In this document: positions 9,418 to 19,082 of the stretch, piece by piece
Numbering within the stretch: position 1 is the stretch's first letter
Layout of the letters: each line of letters opens with the position of its first letter
Translations under genes and position numbers: made by a program
NCBI GenBank assembly: GCA_963734955.1
Contig: CAVTJO010000011.1
Span: 457,698 to 521,697, forward strand
DNA: 64,000 nt
Reading direction: 5' to 3'
Source of the DNA: an uncultured Bacteroidota bacterium
GTDB taxonomy: Bacteria; Bacteroidota; Ignavibacteria; UBA10030; UBA6906
The notes under the pieces: model-generated
The model's database searches: none
Told to the model about the DNA's origin: nothing
Seen by the model: the letters and a program-made list of their open reading frames with translations, nothing else

Positions 9418-10536
9418 CTACTTCAGCAGAATAAACTTCATCGTTTCCGAGAATGTTCCCACCTTGATCCGGTAGAAGTACACACCCGAAGACATTGTCT
9501 TGCCCGATGAATTCTTTGCATCGAATCGCACCTCGTATGTCCCCGCGTTCTTCTGCTCATTCACCAGTGTTGCTACTTCCCGGCCCGTGATGTCGTAGAC
9601 CTTCAATGTCACCGGCCCGTCATTCGGCAAGGCGTACCTGATCGTGGTGGTCGGGTTGAACGGATTGGGATAGTTCTGATCAAGCCGGTATGCAGAAGGG
9701 ATCAGGTTCTCGATTGGCTGCGCGCTGAATCCCCTGCCGGTTTCCTTCAGCCACAACTGTGAGACGATGGCCGAACCCTCACCCATCGCGTTGATGCTGA
9801 TGGTTACCTCGCCTCCTGCATAGGATTCTTTTGGAAGCGTGATGTAGTCAACGCGTTGTGCGGTTGTTGAAACAGGAACCGGATCGTGGAGGCGGATGCC
9901 ATTGACAGTCATATCCTGAAGCCGCGCCGTGTTGTCGTGGGCGACATACTCGGCGGCAATCCGGTATTCGCTCGACGGATCCAGCCCGGTGAATCTATAA
10001 CGGACAGACGATGGATCCTCGTTGGCCGTTTGCGATGGGGCAGTGCCCCACCGGACGGAGCTCCCCAAAACAAGGTGTGCATCGTCTGCCGGAGTTGCGC
10101 TTCCGCAGTCCTCATGGTAATACATGGGGAGCGAAAACTGCGTCTGCGATATTACCGGTTCATCACGGTACGTCTGTGTGGCTGTCACTTCATAGCGATA
10201 CCCACCTGGAGGAATCTGTATCCCTGCGTCCGAGCAGTTGGTCAACGACATAGGCGATGCCGTTACTTGAGCCGTTCCATTTCCCGATGGCGATACTTGT
10301 CGGGGAATCAAATCCTTCAAACGTCGCGGCAAGAGTTGCGATGTCCGGCCCAGAGCATACTCGAAGACTTTGTTCCGGGAAGCGTCAGCAGCGTAGAGGA
10401 GATCATCGGAAAATATCCAGGGGTGTTCCATTGTCGCTATGGGCGATATCGGTCGGGCCCTGAAACGAATACGTAAATCACATAAACAGCGTAAAGTGAT
10501 TCTGCACCAATATATGGATTCCATGAAGACTGTCAA
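9418..10536 (-). CDS. T9SS C-terminal-domain protein lacking a recognisable N-terminal signal peptide (possibly truncated or pseudogene)
   Basis: 372 aa. The C-terminus is NYPNPFNPTTTIRYALP...KFILLK (Por sorting domain). The start is apparently TTG, and the N-terminus (MTVFMESIYWCRITLRCLC...) is not signal-like. Only 124 nt lie upstream before a divergent gene. Confidence 0.55.
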   Translation of the reverse strand: MTVFMESIYWCRITLRCLCDLRIRFRARPISPIATMEHPWIFSDDLLYAADASRNKVFEYALGRTSQLLPRRLKDLIPRQVSPSGNGTAQVTASPMSLTNCSDAGIQIPPGGYRYEVTATQTYRDEPVISQTQFSLPMYYHEDCGSATPADDAHLVLGSSVRWGTAPSQTANEDPSSVRYRFTGLDPSSEYRIAAEYVAHDNTARLQDMTVNGIRLHDPVPVSTTAQRVDYITLPKESYAGGEVTISINAMGEGSAIVSQLWLKETGRGFSAQPIENLIPSAYRLDQNYPNPFNPTTTIRYALPNDGPVTLKVYDITGREVATLVNEQKNAGTYEVRFDAKNSSGKTMSSGVYFYRIKVGTFSETMKFILLK

Positions 10537-10665
10537 GAGGAAACTTCCTGAATCGAAAACCCGACGGTAGGCCTTGCCTGTTTGAAAGGAATTCTATAAC
10601 CTTTTTACAATGAAAGTTGGCCGGCCAATTGAAATTATGCAGAATTCACATCAACGTATTTCCTT

Positions 10666-10962
10666 ATGACCGCACTTTCCCGACGCTCCTTCTCTCGTCT
10701 GGTGGCTGCCTCGCTGCCCGCAGCCATTCTACTTCCTAAAATCGAAGTGCCGGCCTTCCAGCAAACCACCGGGAATTCCTCGGCGCCACAAACTATTGCG
10801 GGACATTCCCTAACTGAGGAAGAAAAGGAACTCGTCGCAAAATTCACTGCTTCACAGGAAACGAAGCTCAGTTCATTGAGGGAACAAGATCTCGCCAATA
10901 GCCTTTCCCCAACATTTGTCCCGCTGCCCCCAATATTCAAGAGCGGGGAATCAAGGAGATGA
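10666..10962 (+). CDS. Small ORF with twin-arginine (Tat) signal peptide, overlapping amidase start (ATGA)
   Basis: 98 aa beginning MTALSRRSFSRLVAASLPAAILLP (an S-R-R-x-F-S Tat-like motif plus a hydrophobic core). It ends 4 nt into the amidase ORF. Confidence 0.4.
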   Translation: MTALSRRSFSRLVAASLPAAILLPKIEVPAFQQTTGNSSAPQTIAGHSLTEEEKELVAKFTASQETKLSSLREQDLANSLSPTFVPLPPIFKSGESRR

Positions 10963-12350
10963 TCCCCGACGAAATTCTCTACCAGCCAATTGCGCAGCAG
11001 TCAAAACTCATCAGGCGAAAGAAGCTCTCTCCAGTTGCACTCACGGAAGCATATCTCGCCCGGATCAAGAAGCTTGATCCACGCCTTCACGCTTTCGTTA
11101 CCGTAACGATCGACCTTGCGATGTCAGAGGCCGTCAAGGCTGAAAAAGAGATCCTTGCAGGGTTGGTTCGGGGGCCCCTGCACGGAATCCCGTATGCGGC
11201 AAAGGACCTTTTCGCAGTGAAGGGCTATCCAACAACCTGGGGAGCCCGGCCATACGCAAGCCAGGTAATTGACGAGGATGCGACCGTAATTGTCAAGCTT
11301 AGGAATGCGGGCGCCATATTGCTTGGAAAGTGTGCGATGAGCGAGCTGGCCGGCGGCCCTCCCAATGCAACCGCCACCGGTGCATGTCGGACACCGTGGG
11401 ATCTTTCGCGATGGTCAGGTGGATCCTCAAGTGGCTCCGGCGCCGCTGTCTCTGCAGGGCTTGCATCGTTCGCGCTGGGGACCGAAACCTGGGGCTCCAT
11501 CATGACCCCTTCCTCGTTTTGTGGGATCACCGGATTGCGTCCAACTTTCGGGAGGATAAGCCGTTTTGGGGCAATGGCTCTTTCCTGGACAATGGACAAA
11601 GTGGGAATCCTAGCCCGCAACGCCAACGATTGCGCAATCGTTTTCGATGTGCTTCGGGGCAAGGATGCCCAGGATCGTTACTCCAACGACGCCACTTTCA
11701 AGCCCAAGTTCACCAAGGCTTCCGAGCGCGTCTCACGGTTGAAGGTCGGATTTGTGAAGGAAGACTACGAACGGTGGGGCGAGCCCGACGTTGCAATTGC
11801 TTTCGCCCGGGCACTCACCCAATTCAGGGAGATGGGCATGAGTCCGGTTGAATTCCCGTTGCCCGACCATCCGTATGAAACAGTGGCAACAACAGTTATC
11901 GCAGCGGAGGAAGCAGCAGCATTCGAACCCCTCGTCAAGTCGGGCAAAATCGGTGAGATCATCGATCCAGACAGGCGCGGTGAACTTCTCGGCGGACAGT
12001 TGATTACTGCTGTTGATTATCTTCGGTGCCAGAGACTCCGCACGCTGATGGTCCAGGACTTTGAATCTCTATTCTCGCGCTTCGATATCATACTCGGGTC
12101 AAGCACGCTCAAATGTGCCCCGCCGATTGAAGCAAACATGGATGAAGTATTTTCCGGTGGAAATATTATTGAAGCGGCGGAGAACCTTCTTGGCCTTCCT
12201 GCTGTTTCAATACCGTGCGGATTCAATAAACAGAAATTGCCCATTGGCTTGAAGATCATCGGGCGGCCGTTCGGTGATGCAGAAGTTCTGGAAGTTGCCC
12301 ATGTCTACCAATCCTTGACAGACTGGCACACGAAACATCCCAGGTTTTGA
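10959..12350 (+). CDS. Amidase signature (AS) family amidase
   Basis: 463 aa. The AS-family motif GGSSSGSGAAVSAGLASFALGTETWGSIMTPSSFCGITGLRPTFGRIS is present, along with an upstream catalytic Lys region (YAAKDLFAVKGYPTTWGA). Confidence 0.85.
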   Translation: MIPDEILYQPIAQQSKLIRRKKLSPVALTEAYLARIKKLDPRLHAFVTVTIDLAMSEAVKAEKEILAGLVRGPLHGIPYAAKDLFAVKGYPTTWGARPYASQVIDEDATVIVKLRNAGAILLGKCAMSELAGGPPNATATGACRTPWDLSRWSGGSSSGSGAAVSAGLASFALGTETWGSIMTPSSFCGITGLRPTFGRISRFGAMALSWTMDKVGILARNANDCAIVFDVLRGKDAQDRYSNDATFKPKFTKASERVSRLKVGFVKEDYERWGEPDVAIAFARALTQFREMGMSPVEFPLPDHPYETVATTVIAAEEAAAFEPLVKSGKIGEIIDPDRRGELLGGQLITAVDYLRCQRLRTLMVQDFESLFSRFDIILGSSTLKCAPPIEANMDEVFSGGNIIEAAENLLGLPAVSIPCGFNKQKLPIGLKIIGRPFGDAEVLEVAHVYQSLTDWHTKHPRF

Positions 12351-12598
12351 CCACCGGTTCTTAGCTCGGCTTCTACCGCAGAAAAACGCGTCTGAGGGCT
12401 GGCGGAATTAGTGAATAAATGGATGTTGTTTTATTGTATAGTTTCGTCGAGCGAATGAATTAAGATTTTTTAATCGGACCGTTCGCAGAAGTTGAAGACC
12501 TCTTTGATTTGCTTGCATTTTTTCCACCTGTTGTTTAGATTGCTCACGCTTCGGAGCGATTCTCTCCAGCTTATCCTGTTTTACAACTCTGGTGTAAC

Positions 12599-13543
12599 AT
12601 GTCAATCGCAGTACACAATCTCACCAAGCTGTATGGTGAGCAGAAAGCCGTAGATAACATCTCATTTGATGTGAAGACGGGTGAGATCCTTGGATTTCTG
12701 GGGCCGAATGGTGCCGGGAAAACCACAACTATGAAAATCATCACCTGCTATATGCCGCCAACGTCCGGCGACGTCAAGGTCGACGGCCTCGACAACGCTG
12801 AGCACTCCTTGGAGGTACGAAAGAAAATCGGATATCTTCCGGAGATGAACCCGCTCTACCTTGACATGAACGTGGTGGATTATTTGGAATACTCTGCACA
12901 ACTCCACGGGATGAAGGGCAACGCATCATCGCATCGCCTCAAAGAAATGGTGCACACGTGCGGTTTGGAAGACGTCCGCCACAAGGATATTGGGGAGCTT
13001 TCCAAGGGATACCGGCAACGGGTTGGGTTGGCACAGGCGATGATCCATGACCCGGAAGTCCTGATTCTCGATGAGCCAACCAGCGGCCTCGACCCAAACC
13101 AGATCGTTGAAATCCGAAACCTCATCAAGCAGCTTGGTCGCGCCAAAACCGTCGTCCTTTCAACCCATATTCTCTCGGAAGTCCAAGCAACATGCACACG
13201 GGTACTCATCATCAATGAAGGAAGGATCGTGGCCGACGGGACCCCCGAGCAGTTGCAGCAGGAGTTCCATGGCGCCGAATCGTTGACACTCGAACTGAAA
13301 ACCGGCCTGACCGATCCTGTAAACGACATCTCGCCAAAACTTCAAGCGGTCGGTGCGGTCACAGCCGTCGAGCTCCTTTCTGCGAAGAATTCGCTCGCAA
13401 GGTTCACACTGCACGTTGAGAAGAGCGCGGACATCCGCGAAGCATTATTCCGACTGGCTGTCTCTGAAGGGTGGGTCATCCTCGAGATGCATCGCAAGAC
13501 CACAAGTCTTGAGGAAGTATTTCACAAACTGACAACTGCATAA
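12599..13543 (+). CDS. gldA: ABC transporter ATP-binding protein (GldA-like)
   Basis: 314 aa. Walker A is GPNGAGKTTT, the ABC signature is LSKGYRQRVGLAQA, and Walker B is LILDEPTSGLD. It is followed by GldF- and GldG-like genes. Confidence 0.7.
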   Translation: MSIAVHNLTKLYGEQKAVDNISFDVKTGEILGFLGPNGAGKTTTMKIITCYMPPTSGDVKVDGLDNAEHSLEVRKKIGYLPEMNPLYLDMNVVDYLEYSAQLHGMKGNASSHRLKEMVHTCGLEDVRHKDIGELSKGYRQRVGLAQAMIHDPEVLILDEPTSGLDPNQIVEIRNLIKQLGRAKTVVLSTHILSEVQATCTRVLIINEGRIVADGTPEQLQQEFHGAESLTLELKTGLTDPVNDISPKLQAVGAVTAVELLSAKNSLARFTLHVEKSADIREALFRLAVSEGWVILEMHRKTTSLEEVFHKLTTA

Positions 13544-13578
13544 CGACCGTATCCGCAATCATCAGAATTCATTCAATC

Positions 13579-14295
13579 ATGAACGCATTGCCCAACGTTC
13601 CACCCATCTATAAACGCGAGTTGCGCTCCTATTTCAACTCACCGGTTGCATACGTCGTCATCGTTGTGTTCCTCGCGGTTCTCGGATGGTTCTTCACCAA
13701 CAACCTGTTTCTTATGAATGTCGCATCGCTCCGCATCGTGTTTGACCTGGTGCCGCTGATCTTCCTCTTCTTCATTCCCGCAATCACCATGCGACTCATT
13801 GCGGAGGAGAAGAAAGCCGGCACGTTGGAGCTGCTGACGACGAAGCCTGTACGCGATGTTGAGATTGTCCTGGGAAAGTTCCTTGCTGCCTGGACGCTCC
13901 TTGCAGCCGCCCTTGCCCCAACACTCTTCTATCTCATCACCATAATGACACTTGGCAAGGTTGACCTTGGCCCGGTCATCAGCGGATACTTCGGGTTACT
14001 TCTGATGGGCGGCGTGTATATCGCCATCGGGCTGCTGGCCTCAAGCCTCACGGAAAACCAAATCGTCGCCTTCATCCTCAGCTTTCTCATCGTTTTTGTT
14101 TTCTTTATCCTCGACAAGGTCCTGATGTATGTGCCGGACGCACTTGCCTCAACACTGGAGTTCCTTTCGATGGATTACCATTTCTCAAACATTGCCCGGG
14201 GGGTCATCGATACGCGCAACCTGATCTATTTTGGATCCTTGCTCGGGTTCTCACTTCTCCTTGCAACCGTTTCACTTGAACGACGAAAGTGGTAG
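13579..14295 (+). CDS. gldF: ABC-2 type permease (GldF-like)
   Basis: 238 aa, polytopic membrane protein. The N-terminus MNALPNVPPIYKRELRSYFNSPVAYVVIVVFL is typical of GldF/ABC-2 permeases. Confidence 0.65.
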   Translation: MNALPNVPPIYKRELRSYFNSPVAYVVIVVFLAVLGWFFTNNLFLMNVASLRIVFDLVPLIFLFFIPAITMRLIAEEKKAGTLELLTTKPVRDVEIVLGKFLAAWTLLAAALAPTLFYLITIMTLGKVDLGPVISGYFGLLLMGGVYIAIGLLASSLTENQIVAFILSFLIVFVFFILDKVLMYVPDALASTLEFLSMDYHFSNIARGVIDTRNLIYFGSLLGFSLLLATVSLERRKW

Positions 14296-14302
14296 ACACC
14301 GT

Positions 14303-15886
14303 ATGAACACGAAACCTTTGAAAACACAGGCGCTGCTCCGCATTGGACTCACGATTGGAATCCTCATCCTCGTCAATATTATCTCGGTTCGCATCTTCGC
14401 CCGAATGGATGTCACGGACAAAAAAATCTATACACTTTCGGATGCCAGCAAGCAGGCGATGCGCAATCTGGATGACAGGGTGACGATCAGAGCATACTTC
14501 ACGGAGGACCTTCCCTCACCGTACAACATGAACCGACGCGAATTGCTCGACGAGTTGAACGAATACAAGGCATTTTCGCGGGGAAACCTCCAGTTCGAAT
14601 TTATCGACCCATCGGGCGAAAAGGGAGAACAGGAGGCGCAACAACAGGGAATCCAGCCGGTGCAGGTGCAGGTGGTGAAGGAGGACAAGTTCGAGGTGAA
14701 ACGGGCCTACATGGGACTGGTGATATTGTATGAAGACAAGAAAGAAGTCCTCCCGGTTATCCAGAACACATCAACCCTCGAATACGACATCACGAGCACG
14801 ATCAAACGACTGACAACAAAGACTCAGAAAAAGATCGGCTTTCTCTCGGGGCAGGGCGAGCCACCATTGAGTGAGCTGAACCGCGTGAAGGGAATTCTTG
14901 ACAAACAATATCAGGTTATCACCGTCGACATTAGCAAGGGTAAAGCTGTCCCCACCGATGTCGCCGCTCTGATCATCATGGCCCCGACGCAGCGTTTTTC
15001 TGAACCGGACAAGTACCAGATCGATCAGTACATCATGGGGGGAGGCAAGATTGCGTTCCTGATCAACAAGGTGGATGCGAATTTACAGCAGCGGTTCGGA
15101 CGCACAACCGACCTGAACATTGAAGACCTTTTGGAGAACTACGGTCTGCGCATCAACCCTGACCTGGTGCGAGATAGTCGCTGTGCAAGTGTCAGCATCG
15201 TTCAACAGCAATTTGGCTTCAACATTCAATCGCAAGTGCCATTCCCTTACCTCCCCCTGGTCAGCACCTTCAACAAGGACAACATGATGGTGAAGGATCT
15301 GCAAGGCATTGTGCTGTTCTTTGCAAGCTCGGTCGACACGACAGGTCTCGCAGCCAGGAATCTTCATGGCGAGATCATCATGCGCAGCTCAAAGGAGAGC
15401 GGACGACAAACCGGCTTCTTCATGTTTGATCCCCTTCAACAGTATAAGCGGGAGGATTTCGGGGAAAAGGAAATTCCGCTGGCAGCGCTCGTGTACGGGC
15501 AATTTAAGAGTTTCTACGCGGGAAAGGATGTACCAAAGGACACATCCGCGGGGGCAATTGCGCCCAGCGGCAACACCATTCCGATGAGTCCGGCAAGTCG
15601 AATCATCCTGGTAGGTGATGGAGATTTCGGGCGCGACCAGTATCTCGGCAACAGGGACAATCTGACATTCTTCGCAAACATGGTGGATTACCTCGTGGAC
15701 GATGCCGGCCTGATTACGATTCGGTCGAAGGACGTCAGTATGCCGCCCCTGGAACAGGTGTCTGATGGTTCCAAGAAAATGGTGAAGTACGGCAATCTCA
15801 TTGTACCACCACTTCTCGTGCTCGGCTATGGTTTATTCCGATGGCGTGCACGCAAAGCGCGCAAGAAGATTATGAGCGCCGCATAA
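14303..15886 (+). CDS. gldG: GldG-like ABC-transporter auxiliary protein (Gldg family)
   Basis: About 527 aa from the ATG at 14303 (MNTKPLKTQALLRIGLTIGILILV, an N-terminal TM). The body is large and soluble and there is a C-terminal TM (LIVPPLLVLGYGLF). Gene order is ABC-ATPase, permease, GldG, DUF4340. The ORF-track start at 14231 overlaps gldF and is less likely. Confidence 0.65.
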   Translation: MNTKPLKTQALLRIGLTIGILILVNIISVRIFARMDVTDKKIYTLSDASKQAMRNLDDRVTIRAYFTEDLPSPYNMNRRELLDELNEYKAFSRGNLQFEFIDPSGEKGEQEAQQQGIQPVQVQVVKEDKFEVKRAYMGLVILYEDKKEVLPVIQNTSTLEYDITSTIKRLTTKTQKKIGFLSGQGEPPLSELNRVKGILDKQYQVITVDISKGKAVPTDVAALIIMAPTQRFSEPDKYQIDQYIMGGGKIAFLINKVDANLQQRFGRTTDLNIEDLLENYGLRINPDLVRDSRCASVSIVQQQFGFNIQSQVPFPYLPLVSTFNKDNMMVKDLQGIVLFFASSVDTTGLAARNLHGEIIMRSSKESGRQTGFFMFDPLQQYKREDFGEKEIPLAALVYGQFKSFYAGKDVPKDTSAGAIAPSGNTIPMSPASRIILVGDGDFGRDQYLGNRDNLTFFANMVDYLVDDAGLITIRSKDVSMPPLEQVSDGSKKMVKYGNLIVPPLLVLGYGLFRWRARKARKKIMSAA

Positions 15887-16015
15887 GATCGCAATTCACG
15901 GTGAGCACACCTTGGCCGACTGATTTCCACTTCGGGCCCGGGATTCGAACCATATCATTGATTTCGCCCTTCATGTGCTCGGGGCGATGGTACACCGTTA
16001 CATTGATCGCTCGAC

Positions 16016-16906
16016 ATGAAACGCAGCACCGTCTACTCCGTCATTGTTCTGATCGCCCTTGCCATTGCGGCGTTCTTCACCCTCCATCGCGAAGGCGAGG
16101 TCAGCTCGACCGGATCCACCGGCCAGATGCTTGTGGACTACGATTCAACTGCCATCGACAAGCTGGAGCTTGTTTCTCCTGCAGAAACCGTGGTGCTGGA
16201 AAAGCAAGCAGGCACATGGATGCTCACCTCACCCATTACGTATAAGGCAGACCAGACATCCGTTGCTTCAGCGGTAGGAAAGGGGCGAAGAATAGAATTG
16301 AAGAGCCTTGTCTCGACGAACCCTGAGAATCAAAAACTCTTCCAGGTTGATTCGACAGGTACTCTCGTAAAGGCGTATGCCAGTGGCACTCTCAAGGCAT
16401 CGTTTGTAGTAGGAAAACCAAGCAGCTCGTACACGGAAACCTATGTGAGACTGAGCGGCTCAAACAATGTACAGCTTGCGGGTGACGTCATTTCCTCTTT
16501 CTTCACCAAGCAGACAAAAGATTGGCGCGACAAGACTGTTTTCAAGACAGATGAGAGTACCCTCAAGAATGTCGCATTCCAATACGGTGACACTGCCTTT
16601 GCATTGTCGCTGCAGGACAGTCTCTGGCGTGTCGGGAAGGATTCGGCCAACCAAACAGCGATCAAGCCAGTGCTGACTGCACTTGCAAACATCCAGGCCG
16701 ATGATTTTATCGATTCCGCAGTCACACCAACTTCCAAGCCGACCTCAATCATTAATGTCGAGGGTACACAGATACGATTCTACAAGAAGGACGCCACCAA
16801 GTATCTCGTTCAGACCTCTCAGTCGCCGCAGTGGTTTGAAGTACAGAATTGGAGAACGACAAATTTGTTGAAGCGGAAAACAGACTTCTTGCCGGCGAAG
16901 AAGTAA
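16016..16906 (+). CDS. DUF4340-like protein (commonly follows GldG)
   Basis: 296 aa with a signal/anchor (VYSVIVLIALAIAAFF). Both position and size match the DUF4340 proteins found downstream of Gldg genes. Confidence 0.5.
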   Translation: MKRSTVYSVIVLIALAIAAFFTLHREGEVSSTGSTGQMLVDYDSTAIDKLELVSPAETVVLEKQAGTWMLTSPITYKADQTSVASAVGKGRRIELKSLVSTNPENQKLFQVDSTGTLVKAYASGTLKASFVVGKPSSSYTETYVRLSGSNNVQLAGDVISSFFTKQTKDWRDKTVFKTDESTLKNVAFQYGDTAFALSLQDSLWRVGKDSANQTAIKPVLTALANIQADDFIDSAVTPTSKPTSIINVEGTQIRFYKKDATKYLVQTSQSPQWFEVQNWRTTNLLKRKTDFLPAKK

Positions 16907-16928
16907 CCCCTAATTACTCTGCAAAAGG

Positions 16929-16960
16929 GAACGCCCGGACTTACTCAGCCCGGGCGTTCC
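16929..16960. terminator. Strong GC hairpin between convergent genes (putative bidirectional terminator)
   Basis: The sequence gggaacgcccgg-acttactcag-cccgggcgttcc is a perfect 12-bp stem. It lies between the end of the + strand gene (16906) and overlaps the stop of the minus-strand gene (16941). TTTT follows on the minus strand. Confidence 0.35.
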
Positions 16961-18185
16961 GTTCGAGAACCTCCTTCAACGAGTTACCTTCTCCGTCCAC
17001 CGCCTCTCGACCCCGACTCTCCGCTTCGATCACTCTGCGGTGCTTGACGAGGTGCCGGAGCACGGTCAACCTTGGAGCTTCGGACCTGCGGCTTCTCATT
17101 TGCCTCGAATCTTCACGTCGAGGAGACGGCGATATGCGTTCAGGACGTCTTTGCACCTGGCGTTCCCGCTGCAACTCTCGTTGAGCTGGCTGACGGCGTC
17201 CGCGATCATACGACGGCTGCTCGCTCTGTCGCTCGGTATTACCTCGCCGGGCCTCATTGCGCACCTGAGGTTCATTTCGACCGCGGAACTCGTCTGCCCG
17301 CCGCAGGTCGCGACCGGCTTCACGATCCACATCTCTCGACCTGACATCCATATCCCGTGTGTCAAGGGGAATTCTGCGGCCTGATTCACGCACATGTCCC
17401 GGACGGACGGCCGCTTCATCTGCTGAACGTTCCGCAATTCGAGGACGATATACTTCCACCCGTTCACGCCCGCCATCGCGCACGATTCGATCCACAGGCT
17501 GGTCACCCACATCGCGAATCTCAGCCCGCTCCAGCCGGATATTCCCGCGACGCTCAACATAGGCGCGGTCCGGCCCTCTTGTCACAATACGCCCCCCATC
17601 GTAGCGGACGCTTCCAGCAGAGCGGGTGCGTCCAATGTAGCGGGCATTATTATCTGTTCGATAGATATACCGATCAACATCCGGATCTGCAATGTACCTG
17701 CAATCGACAAACGACCACCATGAATGGGGCGTTATCCACGATGACCGATAGTGGATGCCGAACCCCACGCTGAAGACCGCATACGGACTCAGCGGAGCCC
17801 AGCCAATGCAGTCACCCCCGTAGCGCCATTCAACCCACGCTGGAGCCCAGTCGTACCCGGGAATCCATACCCATCCGTAGAAATCGTCATAGTACCAGCG
17901 TCCGTAATGGTATGTCGCCCACGCCCAAGGCTCGCTGGAAGCCCAGTACCATCCATCGTCAGTCCAGCACCACTGTCCATTATAGTACGGTCGCCAAGAG
18001 GCAGCAACCCCTCCCGGCCGCCAGGCATACACACCTCCATCACACTGTATCCAGTCTCCTTCGTTGCCCAGTGACGAATAGAACACACCAAAAGAGATCC
18101 CACCCGGATCAGCTGATGAGGTGGAGAGACCCGACAGCAGAATTCCAACTATGAGCAGTATTTTCTTCATGACCGTTCCTCTCAA
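16941..18185 (-). CDS. Secreted Trp/Tyr-rich domain protein with long Arg/Glu/Asp-rich low-complexity C-terminal tail
   Basis: 414 aa with a signal peptide (MKKILLIVGILLSGLSTSSA). The W/Y-rich block is WRPYYNGQWCWTDDGWYWASSEPWAWATYHYGRWYYDDFYGWVWIPGYDWAPAWVEW. About 200 aa of RE/RD-rich sequence follow (RRGNIRLERAEIRD...RERQVQRRPER). Confidence 0.5.
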   Translation of the reverse strand: MRGTVMKKILLIVGILLSGLSTSSADPGGISFGVFYSSLGNEGDWIQCDGGVYAWRPGGVAASWRPYYNGQWCWTDDGWYWASSEPWAWATYHYGRWYYDDFYGWVWIPGYDWAPAWVEWRYGGDCIGWAPLSPYAVFSVGFGIHYRSSWITPHSWWSFVDCRYIADPDVDRYIYRTDNNARYIGRTRSAGSVRYDGGRIVTRGPDRAYVERRGNIRLERAEIRDVGDQPVDRIVRDGGRERVEVYRPRIAERSADEAAVRPGHVRESGRRIPLDTRDMDVRSRDVDREAGRDLRRADEFRGRNEPQVRNEARRGNTERQSEQPSYDRGRRQPAQRELQRERQVQRRPERISPSPRREDSRQMRSRRSEAPRLTVLRHLVKHRRVIEAESRGREAVDGEGNSLKEVLERNARAE

Positions 18186-18517
18186 TCTTCAATGAGGCAT
18201 CTGCTTCCAATGACTCCAACTTCGTGCCAGATGAGACCTGCTCAATAGCGCAGAATTCCACACATTTGACTCCCGCCGACGCTTCTTGTGTAGTCAATCC
18301 CGCGCGCTGCGCCTATAATTCGCAACACTGGAGGGAAGCGGCATTTTTCATCCGGAGTGGAGGTTTGAAACGTACTGACTTGTTGAGCGATCGGACCCGA
18401 CCTTCAGGAAGGAAAACCTGATACTACCGACTCCATCAAGAGCGGATGCATAGGCCGCCTCCGACCTCCGCACCACGGACGGAGATTCACTGTACTGCAT
18501 AAAGCAGCATCGAGCAA

Positions 18518-18859
18518 CTACACGGAAAGAGGAACATACCTCACTGCCGCGTGACTGTACACCCTCTCACAACGGTCGCACATCCGACGTGTAGGATCAT
18601 GATCCATCACGTCCTCGTCAATCTCCTCCTTGCAACTCAGGCACAGTCCGAACGTCCCAACTTCAATTCGGGCAAGCGCCGCGCGTAGTTCGTTCAAAAG
18701 ACGATCACTTCTGAACGCCAGCATCGCATCGAGTTGGTGAAGGGAAATCCGGTCTTCAAGAGAAATTGCTTCCGGAAGGATTATGGAGTACTGATCCTGC
18801 AGGTGGGTATACAATCTGCCCAGAATAACATGCCGCATATGTCTGCTGCTCTTTTTCAT
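18518..18859 (-). CDS. DksA/TraR-family C4 zinc-finger protein
   Basis: The C-terminus CLSCKEEIDEDVMDHDPTRRMCDRCE is the four-Cys finger typical of DksA/TraR. The likely start is MKKSSRH; the ORF-track start at 18940 is probably an upstream extension. Confidence 0.65.
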   Translation of the reverse strand: MKKSSRHMRHVILGRLYTHLQDQYSIILPEAISLEDRISLHQLDAMLAFRSDRLLNELRAALARIEVGTFGLCLSCKEEIDEDVMDHDPTRRMCDRCERVYSHAAVRYVPLSV

Positions 18860-19082
18860 CGCACCCTCCACACATCGAATGGTTCCCAACAGAAAAAGCT
18901 GCAGAAGCGGGATCTGGAATGCCTCACTCCAAAGGTACAAAAGAATCGGGAAAAGTCAATACCCTTCAGCGCCCCAATGGAAAAATACTTCGTGCCAAAT
19001 TCCTTTTCCGGCAGAGCAACCGATTTCAGAAAAGAAAGGCTCCGGTTCTGCCGGAGCCCGCAAGAGAATGTCGTTCCAATTC

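Noticed and set aside
12408-12605. 65-aa minus-strand ORF in the AT-rich intergenic region upstream of gldA
   Set aside because: It overlaps the probable gldA promoter and 5' region. It is basic and low-complexity with no recognisable motif, and more likely non-coding regulatory DNA. I could not find a clean TTTG/TAnnTTTG promoter pair there either, so no promoter is called.
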